Source of the DNA: Macrostomum lignano
Taxonomy: Eukaryota
Length of the DNA: 64,000 bases
Reading direction: 5' to 3'
Assembly: GCA_002269645.1 (NCBI GenBank)
Contig: NIVC01003058.1
Location: 1 to 64,000 of the forward strand
Of the stretch, positions 24,751 through 37,855 are shown piece after piece. The stretch's first letter is position 1. Every line of letters begins with the position of its first letter. Made by a program: the position numbers and the translations under genes. The notes below the pieces were generated by a model, which saw nothing but the letters and a program-made list of their open reading frames with translations, had not been told where the DNA came from and searched no databases.

Positions 24751-27700
24751 AACAACAGCAACCTGTTGCTCATTCCCGATGTGCTGACGGGCCGGCGTTT
24801 TCTGGTCGACACGGGCGCCGAGGTCAGCATCTTCCCTGTCACTGGCACCGATGCACGCCTGCGGTCCACTGGCCCGCCGCTTTACGCAGCCAATGGCAGC
24901 CTGATACGCACCTTCGGCTCCCGGCAGCTCACGCTCGACCTCGGCATCAAGCGCTGCTCCTGGCCGTTCGTCTTGGCCGAAGTCTCGCGCCCGCTGATCG
25001 GCGCGGACTTCCTCCGCCACCACGGCCTGCTGGTGGACCTGCCGCACCGGCGGCTCCTGGACGCTTGCTCGCTCGCCAGCGTGCACCTGCTGGACGGCAT
25101 CGGGCCTGGTCTGCAGCTCGCCGCGGCTGCCACCGCGGACCCGTACAGCCAGCTGCTGGCCGAGTTCCCCGCTCTCACCGAGCCCAGTTTCCAGCGGGCT
25201 GCGCCACGGCATGGGGTGGAGCACCACATCCCGACGCAGGGCCCGCCGGTCCACGCCCGCCCTCGCCGCCTGCCGCCGGACAAGCTGGCGGTGGCCAAGG
25301 AGGAGTTCCGGCTCCTGGAGCAGCTCGGCATCGTGCGCCGGTCCAACAGCCCGTGGTCCTCACCGCTGCACATGGTGCCCAAGGCCTCGGGCGGCTGGCG
25401 TCCCTGCGGCGATTTCAGGCGGCTCAACGACGCCACGGTGCCCGACCGCTACCCGGTGCCGCACATTCAGGACTTTTCAGCGCGCCTGGCCGGGTGCTCG
25501 GTCTTCTCCAAGATCGACCTGGTTCGCGGCTACCACCAAGTGCCCGTGGCTGCGGCCGATGTGCCCAAGACCGCCGTCATCACCCCGTTCGGCCTCTTCG
25601 AGTTCCTGCGAATGCCGTTCGGGCTCAAGAACGTCGCCCAGGCCTTCCAGCGGTTGGTGGACTCCGTCTGCCAGGATCTCGACTTCGTTTTTGCCTACAT
25701 TGACGATTTCCTAGTCGCCAGCCGCAGCCCGCAGCAGCACCTGGAGCACCTGCGCACGCTGTTCCAGCGCCTGGCGGACAACGGTCTGATCATCAACCCG
25801 GCGAAGTGCGAGTTCGGCCGCAGTGAGATCGACTTCCTCGGCCACCGGATCAGCGCCCAGGGAGCCGTGCCGCTGCCCGCCAAAGTCGACGCCATCGCCA
25901 GGTTCGCGCCGCCAGCCACCGTCAAGGGCCTGCAGGAGTTCGCCGGCATGGTGAATTTCTACCACCGCTTCGTGCCGCGCGCCGCCCAGCTGCTGCGCCC
26001 CATCCATGCGGCCACTGCTGGCAAGGAGAAGCTCGTGAGGTGGACACCCGAGCTGACTGCCGCCTTCGAAGGAGCCAAGCGGGCACTGGCTTCCGCCGCA
26101 CTGTTGGCGCACCCGCGGGCGGACGCGCCCATCGCCCTCACTGTCGACGCCTCGGACACCGCCGTCGGCGCAGCGCTCGAGCAGCGGGTGGGCGGCGCGT
26201 GGCAGCCGCTCGCTTTCTTCAGCCGGCAGCTCCGAGCGCCTGAGCAGAAGTACAGCGCGTTCGACCGTGAGCTGCTTGCCCTGTACCTGGCGGTCCGGCA
26301 TTTCCGCTACGCGCTCGAGGGCCGCGCCTTCACCGCCTTCACGGACCACAAGCCACTCGTCGCGGCCATGTCTAAGATGTCGGACCCGTGGTCAGCACGA
26401 CAGCAGCGGCATCTGGCGTACGTGTCTGAGTTCACCACCGATGTCCAGCATGTGGCGGGCAAGGACAACCCGGTGGCGGACGCGCTGTCCCGCTGCACGA
26501 TCGCCTCGGTACAGCCCCGGCTGCTACCCGGTGTGGACTTCGCGGCCATGGCGCAGGCGCAGACAGCAGACCCGACTGCCCAAGAGGACGCTAGCCTTCA
26601 GCTCGAGCCGCTGCAGCTCAGCCCTGGCGTCGCCCTGCTGTGCGACATCTCGACCGGCCGGCCGCGCCCGCTGGTGCCTCCGGATTTCCGCCGCGCCGTT
26701 TTCGACGCCATCCACGGCCTCGCCCACCCGTCAGTCCGCAGCACGCGGCGCCTCGTGGCCGCCAAATTCGTGTGGGCTAGCATGAACCGGGACGTCAGCC
26801 GGTGGGCGCGCACTTGCGTAGCCTGCCAGACGGCCAAGGTGCATCGGCACGTCACCGCCCCGGTAGAGAGCATTCGCGTCCCAGACCAGCGCTTTGCCCA
26901 CGTGCATGTCGACTTGGTGGGGCCGCTGCCGTCGTCTCAAGGCTTTACGCATCTGCTAACGATCGTTGACCGATTCACCAGGTGGCCGGAGGCGATCCCG
27001 ATGACTGACACTTCCGCCGCAGCCTGTGCCTCCGCCTTCATCGCCCACTGGGTTGCCCGATTTGGCGTGCCGGGTGACCTCACCTCGGACCGCGGCTCGC
27101 AGTTCACGTCGCAGCTCTGGTCCAACGTCTCCCGGCTGCTCGGCATGCAGCTGCACCGGACTACGGCCTTCCATCCGCAGGCGAACGGGCTGGTCGAGCG
27201 GTTCCATCGGCAGCTGAAGGCCGCCCTCAGGGCGCGGCTGACGGGACCGGCCTGGGTCAGCGAGCTGCCCTGGGTGCTGCTCGGCATCCGGACGGCGCCC
27301 AAGGAGGACCTGCCGGCATCGTCGGCTGAGCTGGTTTACGGAGCGCCCCTCTGCGTGCCCGGCGAGTGCCTGCAGCCCGGCCCGGCAACCGAAGGCCACG
27401 ACCAGTTTCTCGTTCGGCTCCGCGACGCAGTCCAGGCGTTCCGGCCGACACCCACGGCGCATCACGGCTGCCGCCCGACCGCCTGGCCCGCCGCACTCGA
27501 TGCCTGCCCGTTCGTGTTCGTCCGGCGCGACGGTCACCGAGCCCCGCTGCAGAAGCCGTATGACGGCCCATTTAAGGTCCTCGAGCGGGACGCCAAGACT
27601 TTCCTGCTCGACCTGGGGACGCGCCAGGACCGCGTGACAGTCGACAGGTTGAAGCCGGCCATCATCGACTCGCGAGAGCCGGTCCCGCTGCCATCTGTAC

Positions 27701-27831
27701 GACCGAGAGGCCGCCCGCCTAAGCGGCCTGTACCACCCTCGGCCGCCGCCGACAGCCAGCAACCCCAGGCCGCCCTCCCCAGCCGCCGGCAGCCGCCACT
27801 CCGGTGCCGCCGAACTGTTTTCGACACATAG
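24706..27831 (+). CDS. pol: Gypsy Pol (protease, RT, RNase H, integrase), reached by -1 frameshift from gag
   Basis: LVDTGA protease, YIDD RT, TVDASD RNase H, HGLAH…CVAC zinc finger, DLVG/SDRGSQF/GLVER integrase core, YDGPF motif; uninterrupted frame, -1 relative to gag. Confidence 0.95.
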   Translation, partial: GKLAGRPSVNSSAAGNNSNLLLIPDVLTGRRFLVDTGAEVSIFPVTGTDARLRSTGPPLYAANGSLIRTFGSRQLTLDLGIKRCSWPFVLAEVSRPLIGADFLRHHGLLVDLPHRRLLDACSLASVHLLDGIGPGLQLAAAATADPYSQLLAEFPALTEPSFQRAAPRHGVEHHIPTQGPPVHARPRRLPPDKLAVAKEEFRLLEQLGIVRRSNSPWSSPLHMVPKASGGWRPCGDFRRLNDATVPDRYPVPHIQDFSARLAGCSVFSKIDLVRGYHQVPVAAADVPKTAVITPFGLFEFLRMPFGLKNVAQAFQRLVDSVCQDLDFVFAYIDDFLVASRSPQQHLEHLRTLFQRLADNGLIINPAKCEFGRSEIDFLGHRISAQGAVPLPAKVDAIARFAPPATVKGLQEFAGMVNFYHRFVPRAAQLLRPIHAATAGKEKLVRWTPELTAAFEGAKRALASAALLAHPRADAPIALTVDASDTAVGAALEQRVGGAWQPLAFFSRQLRAPEQKYSAFDRELLALYLAVRHFRYALEGRAFTAFTDHKPLVAAMSKMSDPWSARQQRHLAYVSEFTTDVQHVAGKDNPVADALSRCTIASVQPRLLPGVDFAAMAQAQTADPTAQEDASLQLEPLQLSPGVALLCDISTGRPRPLVPPDFRRAVFDAIHGLAHPSVRSTRRLVAAKFVWASMNRDVSRWARTCVACQTAKVHRHVTAPVESIRVPDQRFAHVHVDLVGPLPSSQGFTHLLTIVDRFTRWPEAIPMTDTSAAACASAFIAHWVARFGVPGDLTSDRGSQFTSQLWSNVSRLLGMQLHRTTAFHPQANGLVERFHRQLKAALRARLTGPAWVSELPWVLLGIRTAPKEDLPASSAELVYGAPLCVPGECLQPGPATEGHDQFLVRLRDAVQAFRPTPTAHHGCRPTAWPAALDACPFVFVRRDGHRAPLQKPYDGPFKVLERDAKTFLLDLGTRQDRVTVDRLKPAIIDSREPVPLPSVRPRGRPPKRPVPPSAAADSQQPQAALPSRRQPPLRCRRTVFDT

Positions 27832-28603
27832 CTCGGTGCTGGGGGGAGCTGTGTGGCGGCCCAATCAGCACGCAGCCAGCGATTGCGAGTACATCTGCAC
27901 TGAAACCCCCTGCCCGCCAGGCTGGGGGTGGGTGTACTCGGGCAGACAGTCAGTATGCTAAGTCGGGGGGGTTGGCCTTCAATCGTGCCACCTTTTTGGC
28001 GCACCTCCCCATGTGATCGCGTGCTTATTTATACTTACCGCGTAAAGCAAATAAACTTTCACGTTTCTCGCTTGCAACTTACTTCGTTTTCGCAAGCCGC
28101 TAAAACTTATTAATTATTGTTTTGACTATACAAGAAAATGACAGTAAAGTTGCAGTCTATTGAATACAAATAATCCAGATAAAGTAACGTTGTAATTCTG
28201 TATACTTGAAGTAAAAATGTTCTAGTTCTGCTATAATTTGTTTCAACACGGTTCACATTACCATGCCGCCAGTAGCTCCGCGGGTCAAATATTGATCAAA
28301 TCAATTTACAGTTGGTTCAGAATTTCTCGGACCGATGAAAACTGGCAGATAAAAATGTGGTACAGTATTTTTCAGAGTTGATCTTGCTGTAGCTATCCAA
28401 AAACAATATTTTTATACTATTTCATTATTTCTCAAAGACAATGGCAACTAGTTGTGGTCATTATTCCACAGCTGCTCCCCAATGTAACTTTACATTATGT
28501 TCCCCACGTGACTCCATATCATTGCATTGGCGTGAAATAAGTGTAAACAATGGCATCTGTGCTGGGAAAAGACTTTTTAGTTATGCAGCTTTGTTGAACA
28601 ACG

Positions 28604-28997
28604 TTCCAGGCGGTGATCGAGAGCGTCCTGTTGTACAACGCCAAGACCTGGACGCTGACGGAATCAAGATCGGCTACGAGCGAGTCACTCTATCGCCGCA
28701 CCGGCCTGTCCCGTCCCAGCGAATTGTTGCGCCGTCGGCGACTTCAGCTGGCAGGCCGTATCATCCGAGAGTCGTACTGCCTTGTCAGTGCAGCCGGTGC
28801 AGGAGGTGCTGCTGCTGAAGCCGCAGGCACCCTACCGGCGGGGGACAGGCGCGCACTCGGCGTTTCGTCGACTGCCTGCTGGCTGATTCCGGCGCGCCCC
28901 GGACACTGCCGGCGGCGCGGCCTACATTCGCACCCAGGCCTTGAAACGCGCTCTGTAACGTTGTCTGCTGACTGACTGACGACGTCTTTTGTTGTTG
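28604..28997 (+). mobile_element. 5'-truncated, internally deleted RTE-clade non-LTR retrotransposon fragment
   Basis: Translates VIESVLLYNAKTWTLT…LRRRRLQLAG…VLLLKPQ…RRFVDCL; (TTG)n tail; 13-bp TSD TTGTTGAACAACG at 28591-28603 and 28998-29010. Confidence 0.8.
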
Positions 28998-30193
28998 TTG
29001 TTGAACAACGGCATTACGGCCAAAGTTCAACTCTGCTGCATACTAAAAAATCTACCAGTCAGTCAGTCTCTTCCATTACTAAACTTGTGCTTGCAGTATA
29101 CGATTGAAAATTCATTTTGGTAATTTATCGCTCAGCTGCTTACAGCTACATCAAGGACCACAGTAGTAAAACAGGAGGTAAAACTGAAAGATCGTGTATT
29201 TTTTTGAAGGCTGATTTCCTGGGGAAAAAATACACTACGGAGATACGAGTAGGAAATTTTTTTCATTTTTTCATCACATAATCAGTGATTGCATTTGACT
29301 TGGATCAATGAAGATTACCTTTTTTATTTATGCATGCACTCAAAAACCCTACGGTAGGGCTAATTAGGTAATATTTGGCTGTTATGATTAAGAACAGCTA
29401 GGAAAACACAAAAACAGGGTACTAGACAAAAAGAGGGTATTAGAGCATAGAGGGCAGTAAAACAGGTTAAGGTGCAGGTACATGTAACTGTAGTAGAAAG
29501 AATTGGAAGGTCGGTGCAGCTGGGGGTGGCGCAGACGACTGGGAGGGGGTTTGCGAAAGTACACGGGCCGAACGATAAAAGTGCAATGCCGGCCCACCTG
29601 ACCGATGCAAGGTTGCTCATCGGTACAAGACCACTCGTGCACAACAGCATTCAAATTTTTCTTGGCGAGGGGAAAAATCCTGCAAACAAAGACACACCCA
29701 ACTCAAATGACGACGCCGGTTTCTGATAGGTCACATTTTCTCTAGAACCAGCTTCTAAATATTTGGGAACTTCCAGTTGAATTTCGACTTGGAAATTTCC
29801 GCTACTTTTTTCTCTTTAATGTGTGGTCTGTTTGAACTGGATTTAAACGGATTAACTAAGTGACTTCCGTTGCACAAAAGATAAAACAGCGCCCTAGTTT
29901 GGATTTTAGTTGGGTCGGCATCTCGTCATGATTGTACTTTTAGCTTTTGGCCCAGTGAATAAAATACTGAAAACACCAATAATTAGCTATTTAAAAGAAA
30001 CTATAGCTACACGTTAGTTTATTTATCGGCTAATAAATACTCTACAATTGTAAATTTTACTAATACTTATTGTGATCTTATTCAACATACAAATTTAAAT
30101 ACTTAAAAATCCAGAGAAAAGGATAACTTGTTGCTGTTGTTGCTAAAAAGTTTCTCTCTACGCACGCAGTCGCTGAAAAAGCAAATTAAAAAC

Positions 30194-33100
30194 CTACACC
30201 GAAATTCTAAATCCTCTAGAGCTTCTTTGCGATTTCATTTCGTCATTAGTCACAGTTGGTACGTGCATCTTGACCGGCGTCTCCGCAGTAACGTCTTCAG
30301 TATCGTTGGCAATTATGATGACCTTCATTGTCTGATCGATGCTGGCATAGTGCAGCGTGAAGTACCGAATACCAAGACGGTTTTTGCGTCGAACTAGCCA
30401 GTCAAGTGCGTCCGACAGACGGTCCATACTGATAATTGGCACGGCAAACTGCAGCAACGAGGTGAACCACTCGATGGTGATGGTGCCAGGAAACCGATCG
30501 CACACGAGGCGGGCAGCGTGCGCTTTCCTGTACTCCATCCCATCTCCGGCTGACTCAGAGTTTCTAGAATCATCCAGCTGCATTTCTAGCAGGTAGAGGC
30601 GCTTGTATCTGCGTTAGCGATTTTCATGGGCGGATAAAGGATTTGTGAAAGACTAGCAATCAGCACCCCCCGTTGGGGAGGCAACAAAGCATGGAATGAT
30701 TTTTAAAAAATAAACTATACATGTAGCTTCTGACTTCCCAACCTTGAGATCTCAGCAATTCTCCCGTAAGCCTTGGCATCTCAGCAATTCTCACGTAAGC
30801 CTTGGCATCTCAGCAATGCTCCCGTAAGCCTTGACATCTCAGCAATTCCCTCAGTAAGCCTTGACATCTCAGCAATTCCCTCAGTAAGCCTTGACATCTC
30901 AGCAATTCCCCCGTAAGCCTTGACATCTCAGCAATTCCCTCAGTAAGCCTTGACATCTCAGCAATTCCCTCAGTAAGCCTTGACATCTCAGCAATTCCCT
31001 CAGTAAGCCTTGACATCTCAGCAATTCCCTCAGTAAGCCTTGACATCTCAGCAATTCCCTCAGTAAGCCTTGACATCTCAGCAATTCCCTCAGTAAACCT
31101 GAGAGTGAATGACTTGCAATGATAGGATATGACAACGTCACAAATCAGAATGGAGGAGGTGAGAAAGGTGACTTGAAGTGAATGGGACATACTCGTAGCA
31201 CGATAAATACTACCGAACCATCAAGTGTTTAATAAATTTAATTATCGAAAAGTACTGCCAAAGATTAATAATTGAAACAAATGTTTTTGTCTCTAATGTA
31301 TCCTTATAAAAAATTCTACAAACGGAACTACCTCGATTGAGATGAGAGACTTAGTGTAAAAACTATTTGATTTAATGAGCTCTTTATAGGAGACATTATA
31401 CCAGAGAACGCACTCATCAGGGGTGTCTATAGCTAGTCTTTTTTATTAAAATCAATCTATTTCTGCATCAAATGCATTCTAGTTGTTGTATTGAAAACCT
31501 AATCCTTACAAGTTTGACTAATATGTGTCTTGAGTTCATTGTCGCAACTATTTTCTGTCCCCAACCTTTGAAAAAAATTTTCACTAGCCAAAATTTTACA
31601 ACCCCACTTAGCTATTTAAAAACTAAAGCATCAGTTTCAAGCAGGCTCACCTGTCTAAGAGCTGTTCAATGCTGTTCAGAGTCACCATTAGTCCATGGTT
31701 CATAATGCAGATTCGGTCGCACAGAGTCTCGCATTCTTCCATCTGGTGACTCGCAATGAAAATTGATCGCCGCTCGGTCACCTGCGACCTAATAATACGC
31801 CTCATTATTTGTCTGCTAGATGGATCAACTCCATCAGAGGGGTTCTCAATCGCAACAAATTCCGGAGCGGCTAACAGTGCAATTGCCAGAGTAAGTCGTC
31901 GTTTAACACCCTTTGTGGCTCGTTTAACAATCGTGCCCAGCTCTGAGGCCAGAGAGAACTCTAGGACCAGTTGGCGCACTCTGCCGGCTGGTATGCCGTT
32001 AATTTGCGCGTAAAATATCAGATTCTCGTGAATGGTCAGTCTCTGGTAGAGAGGATTTGAGGCGGGGCAAAAGCCGATGATACCACGCCTGGCTGCTACA
32101 ACGTTTGGAATCCACTTCTCATCGATCTGCAAGTCAACTTGTCCAGCGCAGGCATTGGTCTCGATGCCGACAATTGCTCGGATTGCCGAATTCGTGCCCG
32201 AGCCGCACGGGCCAACCAGGCCGAATACTTCGCCAGATTTCACTCCCACAGATAAATTCTTCAGTACGACACTGCGATCTGGTTTGACCACTCGCAGGTC
32301 CATGGCCTCCAGAATGTTTTCCGATGCAAACGGATTCTCATTGAGGCTGTTCAGTTCATTCAATATGGAGACTTCCAGAGTGCTGGCGTAAGCTTTTGTT
32401 GCAGCTGAGTAGATTCCGCCCTGTCTGCACGTAGCGTACAACCTGTGTCGCTTGTCAATTAGTATCAGTATTATCACTAGCAGCACAAAATGCAGCACTA
32501 TGGCCATTAGACTATACATGACGTGCCTCGATGCTATAAAGTCCATCAGACTTGGTAGTCTGCTATCTCCGAAAATTTCATAATAGGCACCGCTGTAGTA
32601 AATAAACCTGATGCCATAAAACGCTAGCGCAGCTGTTGCAAACTGCGGACACAGAAACACTAATATTCGACCAGCTAAATTGTGAAATTGCACGAACAGT
32701 AAGGACAAAGATATCATCAAGCTGACAAAGGCATAGGTTGCAATGGCGACATATCTAGCATGGCCCATCACGATGGCCAAAAGGTAGACGCATAGTAGAT
32801 TGTTCATTATACCAAATAACAGCGTCACCGGCAGAATAATGGCTAAATAGTGCATTGTATTGTACGCTGATGCTATGATGCACACTTGAAGTGTTATACT
32901 GATCGAATAGATTACGGCAAACTGCAACCAGTGACTGACGATATTGCAAAACCAGTACTTCAATCGAGACACACCCATTGTTAATAGTTGAACTCGAATA
33001 CCATATTTCATGTCCTGGAGTATGTCGCTAAGAAACATCATGGGCAGGACTGCAAGCAATACCGATTGAGCAAATAGGCTGTAGAGCCTAAAAAATATTG

Positions 33101-36100
33101 CCTCGACGTTCAGGAAGCCTACAGTGTCGAATTCCGGCTTAACCGAATGTTTGCCATCAAAAATTTGCAGCGTGATTTGGGATATCATGTTTCTAAACAC
33201 TTCAATTGCTGTCATAGCAACGCTATCTGCAGTGTAATTATCGCTGTTCACGTAGGCTCCGACGTGTACTTTGTGGCTTTTTGACACATCAGTATCAGGG
33301 CACCAATCAGTTGAATAAGCAATCGGACATGGCCCGCTCATTTTTTGGCACTGTTTTCGGATGTAAGGCAAATAAATTTCTAGCAGTTCTGCTAAGCTCT
33401 TTCCAAAAAACACTGGATCAAGGACTAGACCTTTCACTTCTCGATCGGTCTTCTTCATACCAGTTATAAAGTGGCCGCATTCACCCTGACTAAGGACATC
33501 CCAATGGACATCTGTTAAAAATATCGAGTAAAAGTGCATGCAGATGCCTTTGTTCCGTTCAAATGCAGTTGTGTTGCTAAGATTGTAGCTTATTTGAATT
33601 TTATCAACTTCTTCAGACTTCTCAAACACAACGGCACCAGCGACTAATAGCAGTGACGCAATCGGCACAATTAGCCTCATAAACAGTCGAGCTTTACTGC
33701 GACATATTAGTTTGATGTGAACTTCTATCAATTTTCCTATCGTCCGAATCCAAGAGCACGCTGACTTTTTTACTGCCACATTGCCGACTGGTAGTGGGAA
33801 ACTGGTTCTGTTTTTTATCGCCCGGATTCTGTCGTTGTCCTCAGCAACATAGCCTACGGTGCCCTGCTGAAAGTGGTATTCAATATCCTCAGCTTCGAGA
33901 TCCTTAAATTGACAGAACACATCATCCAGACGATAGTTGGCTATCCCGAATTCGTCTATTAAGCCTGGAAACTTCTCGATTTCCCGAATTAAATCTGGCA
34001 GAATTTTGTCCTCCGATATTGGAACCTCGAGCTCCAAGTCAGTGTTGCCCAGACTGCGAACTCGAGTGCATTCAAACTTGGTTGTGAGAGTCTCAATGAA
34101 GAACGGTATGTGGTATTCGGTTTTGCAGGCTATCTGGATAATAAACCTGCAGTCGAATGCTCGCTTAAAAAAGAACGCCGATCCAGCGCATATCACTCTA
34201 CCGCAGGCTAAAAATACCATTCTATCGGCTGCAGCCTCCGCTTCGTTAATGAATTGGGTACTCACTATTATTGAACGGTCGGTCTTCAGCTCGTGCAGGA
34301 GATGCCACAAACTTCTTTTCGAAATGTAGTCCATGCCTCTCGATGGATCGTCCAATAGAATGACGCTTGGACTGCCAACTATAGCCATTGCGATTGAAAC
34401 TTTTCGCTTATCGCCCGCCGATAAACTTTCAGTCGGCTCGCTAAGCTTGCTCTCAATGCCCAGCGTGGATAGAATGTGACGCACCTGAATTTCAGCCATC
34501 GACCAGCTTTGGCCCGTGCTCATGACTGCGAGTTTGACAGTGTCAGCAACCGTCATCCCGTCGACTAGAGCATCAGATTGCGGACAGTAGCCAATGGAAC
34601 TGCAGACGTGATAGCGAGCCAGTGAATCCGTAACCGGGACTCTGTCGACAGTTACCAGGCCGGATGTGGCTTCGCGCTCGCCAGAGAGAATCTGCATCAG
34701 AGTCGACTTGCCGGATCCGTTGTGCCCAATGATTGCCGTTATCTGGTTCCTATAAAAGTTAACTGAAATTGAATAGTCGGGAATAAGCTATTTGTTTAAA
34801 CAAGCTTTTAAACTTATTCCTGAGACTGATACCGCAGTATATATATCACTTGCCTGACAGATTATTCAAAGCTCGGGTTTTCTTTCCCCGGCAACACCTT
34901 GTCGAGAATATTTTCTTTAGCTCCCTGACGCACACGTTCGGTCGGGTAATCGAAGACACGGGCTCAACCATCATATTTTCCGGCAGCTCAGAAAAAATTA
35001 TTAAATTCGAATCTGATATGCAGCAGAACTTCGGACAAAAAGGGTACAAGAACGACAACCGCAGTCCGTTTCCTGATTTGAGTACGCAGTCCAGGTACAT
35101 GGTGATGGCTGTCACTAATATTGACATTCCCGCGCTAACTGGCAGGACTATCCAAACAAATTCGTTACTCTTTTCCATGAAATCGCCGAGAAGAACCGAC
35201 AATATCTGTTCAGTCAAGTGTCCGGTTGGCACAGCCAGCATCACGTAGCGGTACATATCGTAGCTTTTGTTATATTTGAAAACGTATCTATTGACTACCA
35301 TCATTGCCACGATTACCAAGCACAGCAGGCTTACAATGACTCCGGCCACATCAGCCCGGCGTGTCAGAACTGTGGGCATCAGAACCAGTGATGCGACGCA
35401 ACAGAAGTGAGCCAATGCCAGTTCAAACAGTTGGGTTAGCTTTGGGTGAAGATAGAATCCAGGGCACTGGAAATAGTGGGACATGGATAGGACGGCCGCA
35501 AATACGATCATTTCTAGCAGTGTTATTGTCCAGATAGCCGTCCAGTAAGCAACTACTGATAGACCCTTGCGAAACATCAACTGCAGACAGCCTTTCTTTT
35601 TCAGCTCGTAGATGCAAGTAACTGTACTCACGAATATGTAAAATATCAAGGTAATAATAATCAGAATCATCTGAATGATTAGAGTCGTGGGAAATGTGTC
35701 AATAAAGTCCGATGCTCTCGCGCAGATCGTGTCCTGTCCGCTGGAAACATTTTTCTTATAAAACGGTATAGAATCCAGCAGCTTGAATACGTTGGTTTCA
35801 TTGTAGAAAAAATTCTTTTCCTGCTTCTCCGCCTGAGAAATGCTGACCAAGTAGGCCAGATACGGGCAGTAGAGTTCCTCTCCTATAGACAGCTGACAAT
35901 ATAGTTTAGCCCGGTTGTCTACTTCCGATTGATAGTCGACATAATGAGCTATCTTGCCTGCAACGCGTCCAGTAATCAGCTGCAAATATACGTCTTGGCA
36001 ATGCTGAGCAGATTTGCAGTCCCAAATGTTTGGTTCGAAGCTACCATCGGCGCCAGTTTTGGACACGTAATCCGACACGATCCCCATCTGTCTTCCGTAC

Positions 36101-36321
36101 GCACTCGTGTCGCTAAGCACCAAGCTGTCTCTTTGAAACTCTTTCGCGCCTATCTCATGGAAACTCTTCTCGCCCAGGCGAACGATCAGCGAGTGAGCTG
36201 ATCGGTATAGAAAAACATTCGACGCCAGAGCTGCTATCACGACAGACATGAAAAGAAATTTCCAGCTTTTCAGTTTCAACAGAACGACGCACAGGCGCAC
36301 GTATTGCCGTCCGATTGCCAT
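30194..36321 (-). CDS. ABCA-family full transporter, paralog 2 (exons 36321-34854, 34762-31651, 30608-30194; ~1664 aa)
   Basis: Spliced NBD1 reads VNFYRNQITAIIGHNGSGKSTL, GYCPQ, LSAGDKRK, LLDDPS. Intron 1 is a 91-bp GC-AG intron at the same position and phase as in paralogs 1 and 3; intron 2 is GTGAGC…CGCAG, phase 2. Confidence 0.9.
30653..31100 (-). mobile_element. Helitron 3' terminus plus 30-bp minisatellite (CTTGACATCTCAGCAATTCCCTCAGTAAGC x ~11), in ABCA-2 intron 2
   Basis: Minus strand CTCCCCAACGGGGGG hairpin, ~8-10 nt spacer, then CTAG|T (30653-30656). Confidence 0.72.
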
Positions 36322-37855
36322 GACTCAACGAAATATTTCAAGTAATCTCTGCTCAATGCTCAATACTTTTCTGACACAATTTCCTCTATTTTTCAGTTTC
36401 TACCTAAAAATCAAAGCGTTTTTCTGGCCATAGACAATCTTCCTGGCTAAGTCTCTGGACTTAGCAGACCAGAGAGAAGAGAAACAAAGAGTTTCTTAAT
36501 ATAGCATTGCGAGCTAAAACGACACTACTTAAAGACACTAATTAAATTTATTAAGGGAGAAGGCATGCATTTAGAGCATTTAATTTTCTGTGTCTATGGT
36601 TAAACTGTAACAATATCTGAGTGCTTGAATTACACGGATGAAGAGATAAGTTTCATATTTCAAACGAGACCAAACCATGGATGAATAAAACCATTCATCC
36701 ATAAACCAAACCAAGCCGATCGAGCCAAGGAGCAAGCAGTTTAAATCTTAGTGGAAGATCAAACCATTGAAGACTTGCTTTCCATTGCCTATGGTCGAAA
36801 AGGAGGAGGGGAGGATCCGATCTAGGAATCTTTCTTCTAATCCTTTTCATAGTAAATCCTTATTGTATTTGCTGAAACAACGTCTGCAAGCAGAGTGCAC
36901 GTTAAAAACAATTGACATAACACTTTGATTTCAGTGAAACGAATCAAAGCAAAGGCAAATAGCCGTGGAAAAGATTGGTTTTCGATTTTTTTGGTCCACA
37001 GCCCTTTTTGGGCCACGGATAATGAAGTCAGTTTCCCATAGTTTCATTTTCCCTTGGCTCAATTGGCTTGTAAAATGTTGCAGTATTTTGATTATTACCG
37101 AATATTAATTCAACTTCTTGCTCATAGTCAGTTGCTATTAGCTCACAAAAATTCTAAAATGGTATCGAATAGGAAGTCCTTTTTCAGATATTAACTACAA
37201 GCCGTAGCTAAATATATTTCTTATTTGCTTGCTAAAATCGGCGCAAAAATTAAGAAAATTTAGTTTGAGGCGTAGGGTTGTATGATTATTTTGAGTTGGA
37301 CTAAAAAAGCAGCTTTATCGTCGCAAAAAATTGTCAAGCTACAGAAATCTCACAGTCAGAAATATATTCTTTGCGACGCTGGTCTTTAGCTGCATTGTCG
37401 AGCATAAGCATTTTATGACAAAGTACATGTCGGTTCCATCAAATGCTTGCAGAGTTTTTACTTGTGCCGAAATTTTGCGTCGGCAAAGTGATTTACAAAT
37501 GCATATTTGCGAATTCAATTCATTGTATTTCTCTAGATGAAATATTATAGTCAAGACATTTGGATGTAAAAGAAAAAAGGAAATACACGGATACTGAAAT
37601 GGGATTGCATCCTCATTCTAAAAGGTGCAATTTGGTCAGGCTTGTGAATAATTAGGCTTTTGCGCTTGAAATCGGATAATGAATACAGTATTTCGTATTG
37701 CGGCTACTAATATTCATTGGGTGTGCGCGTACGAGCGATCCACAGCGGCGGCATTCGCCTTCACAAACCAAAATGTTATTAACAAAATTCTTTTGTTTGT
37801 CTTGTCTTAAATAAAAATGTGACCTTTCAGCAGTAGCAGCGATACTTTATACACT

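Larger units (their letters stand above)
23725..28104 (+). mobile_element. Intact Ty3/Gypsy LTR retrotransposon, recent insertion
   Basis: LTRs 23725-23980 and 27852-28104 appear to differ only in G-run lengths. TSD ACTT (or AACTT) on both sides; PBS TGGTGAGCCCGAC at 23982; polypurine tract GGGGGGAG at 27841; domain order PR-RT-RH-IN. Confidence 0.97.

Noticed and set aside
23725-28104. G-run length differences between the LTRs, and homopolymer differences among satellite copies, as real divergence
   Set aside because: Mostly homopolymer indels, typical of long-read consensus error; not used for dating.
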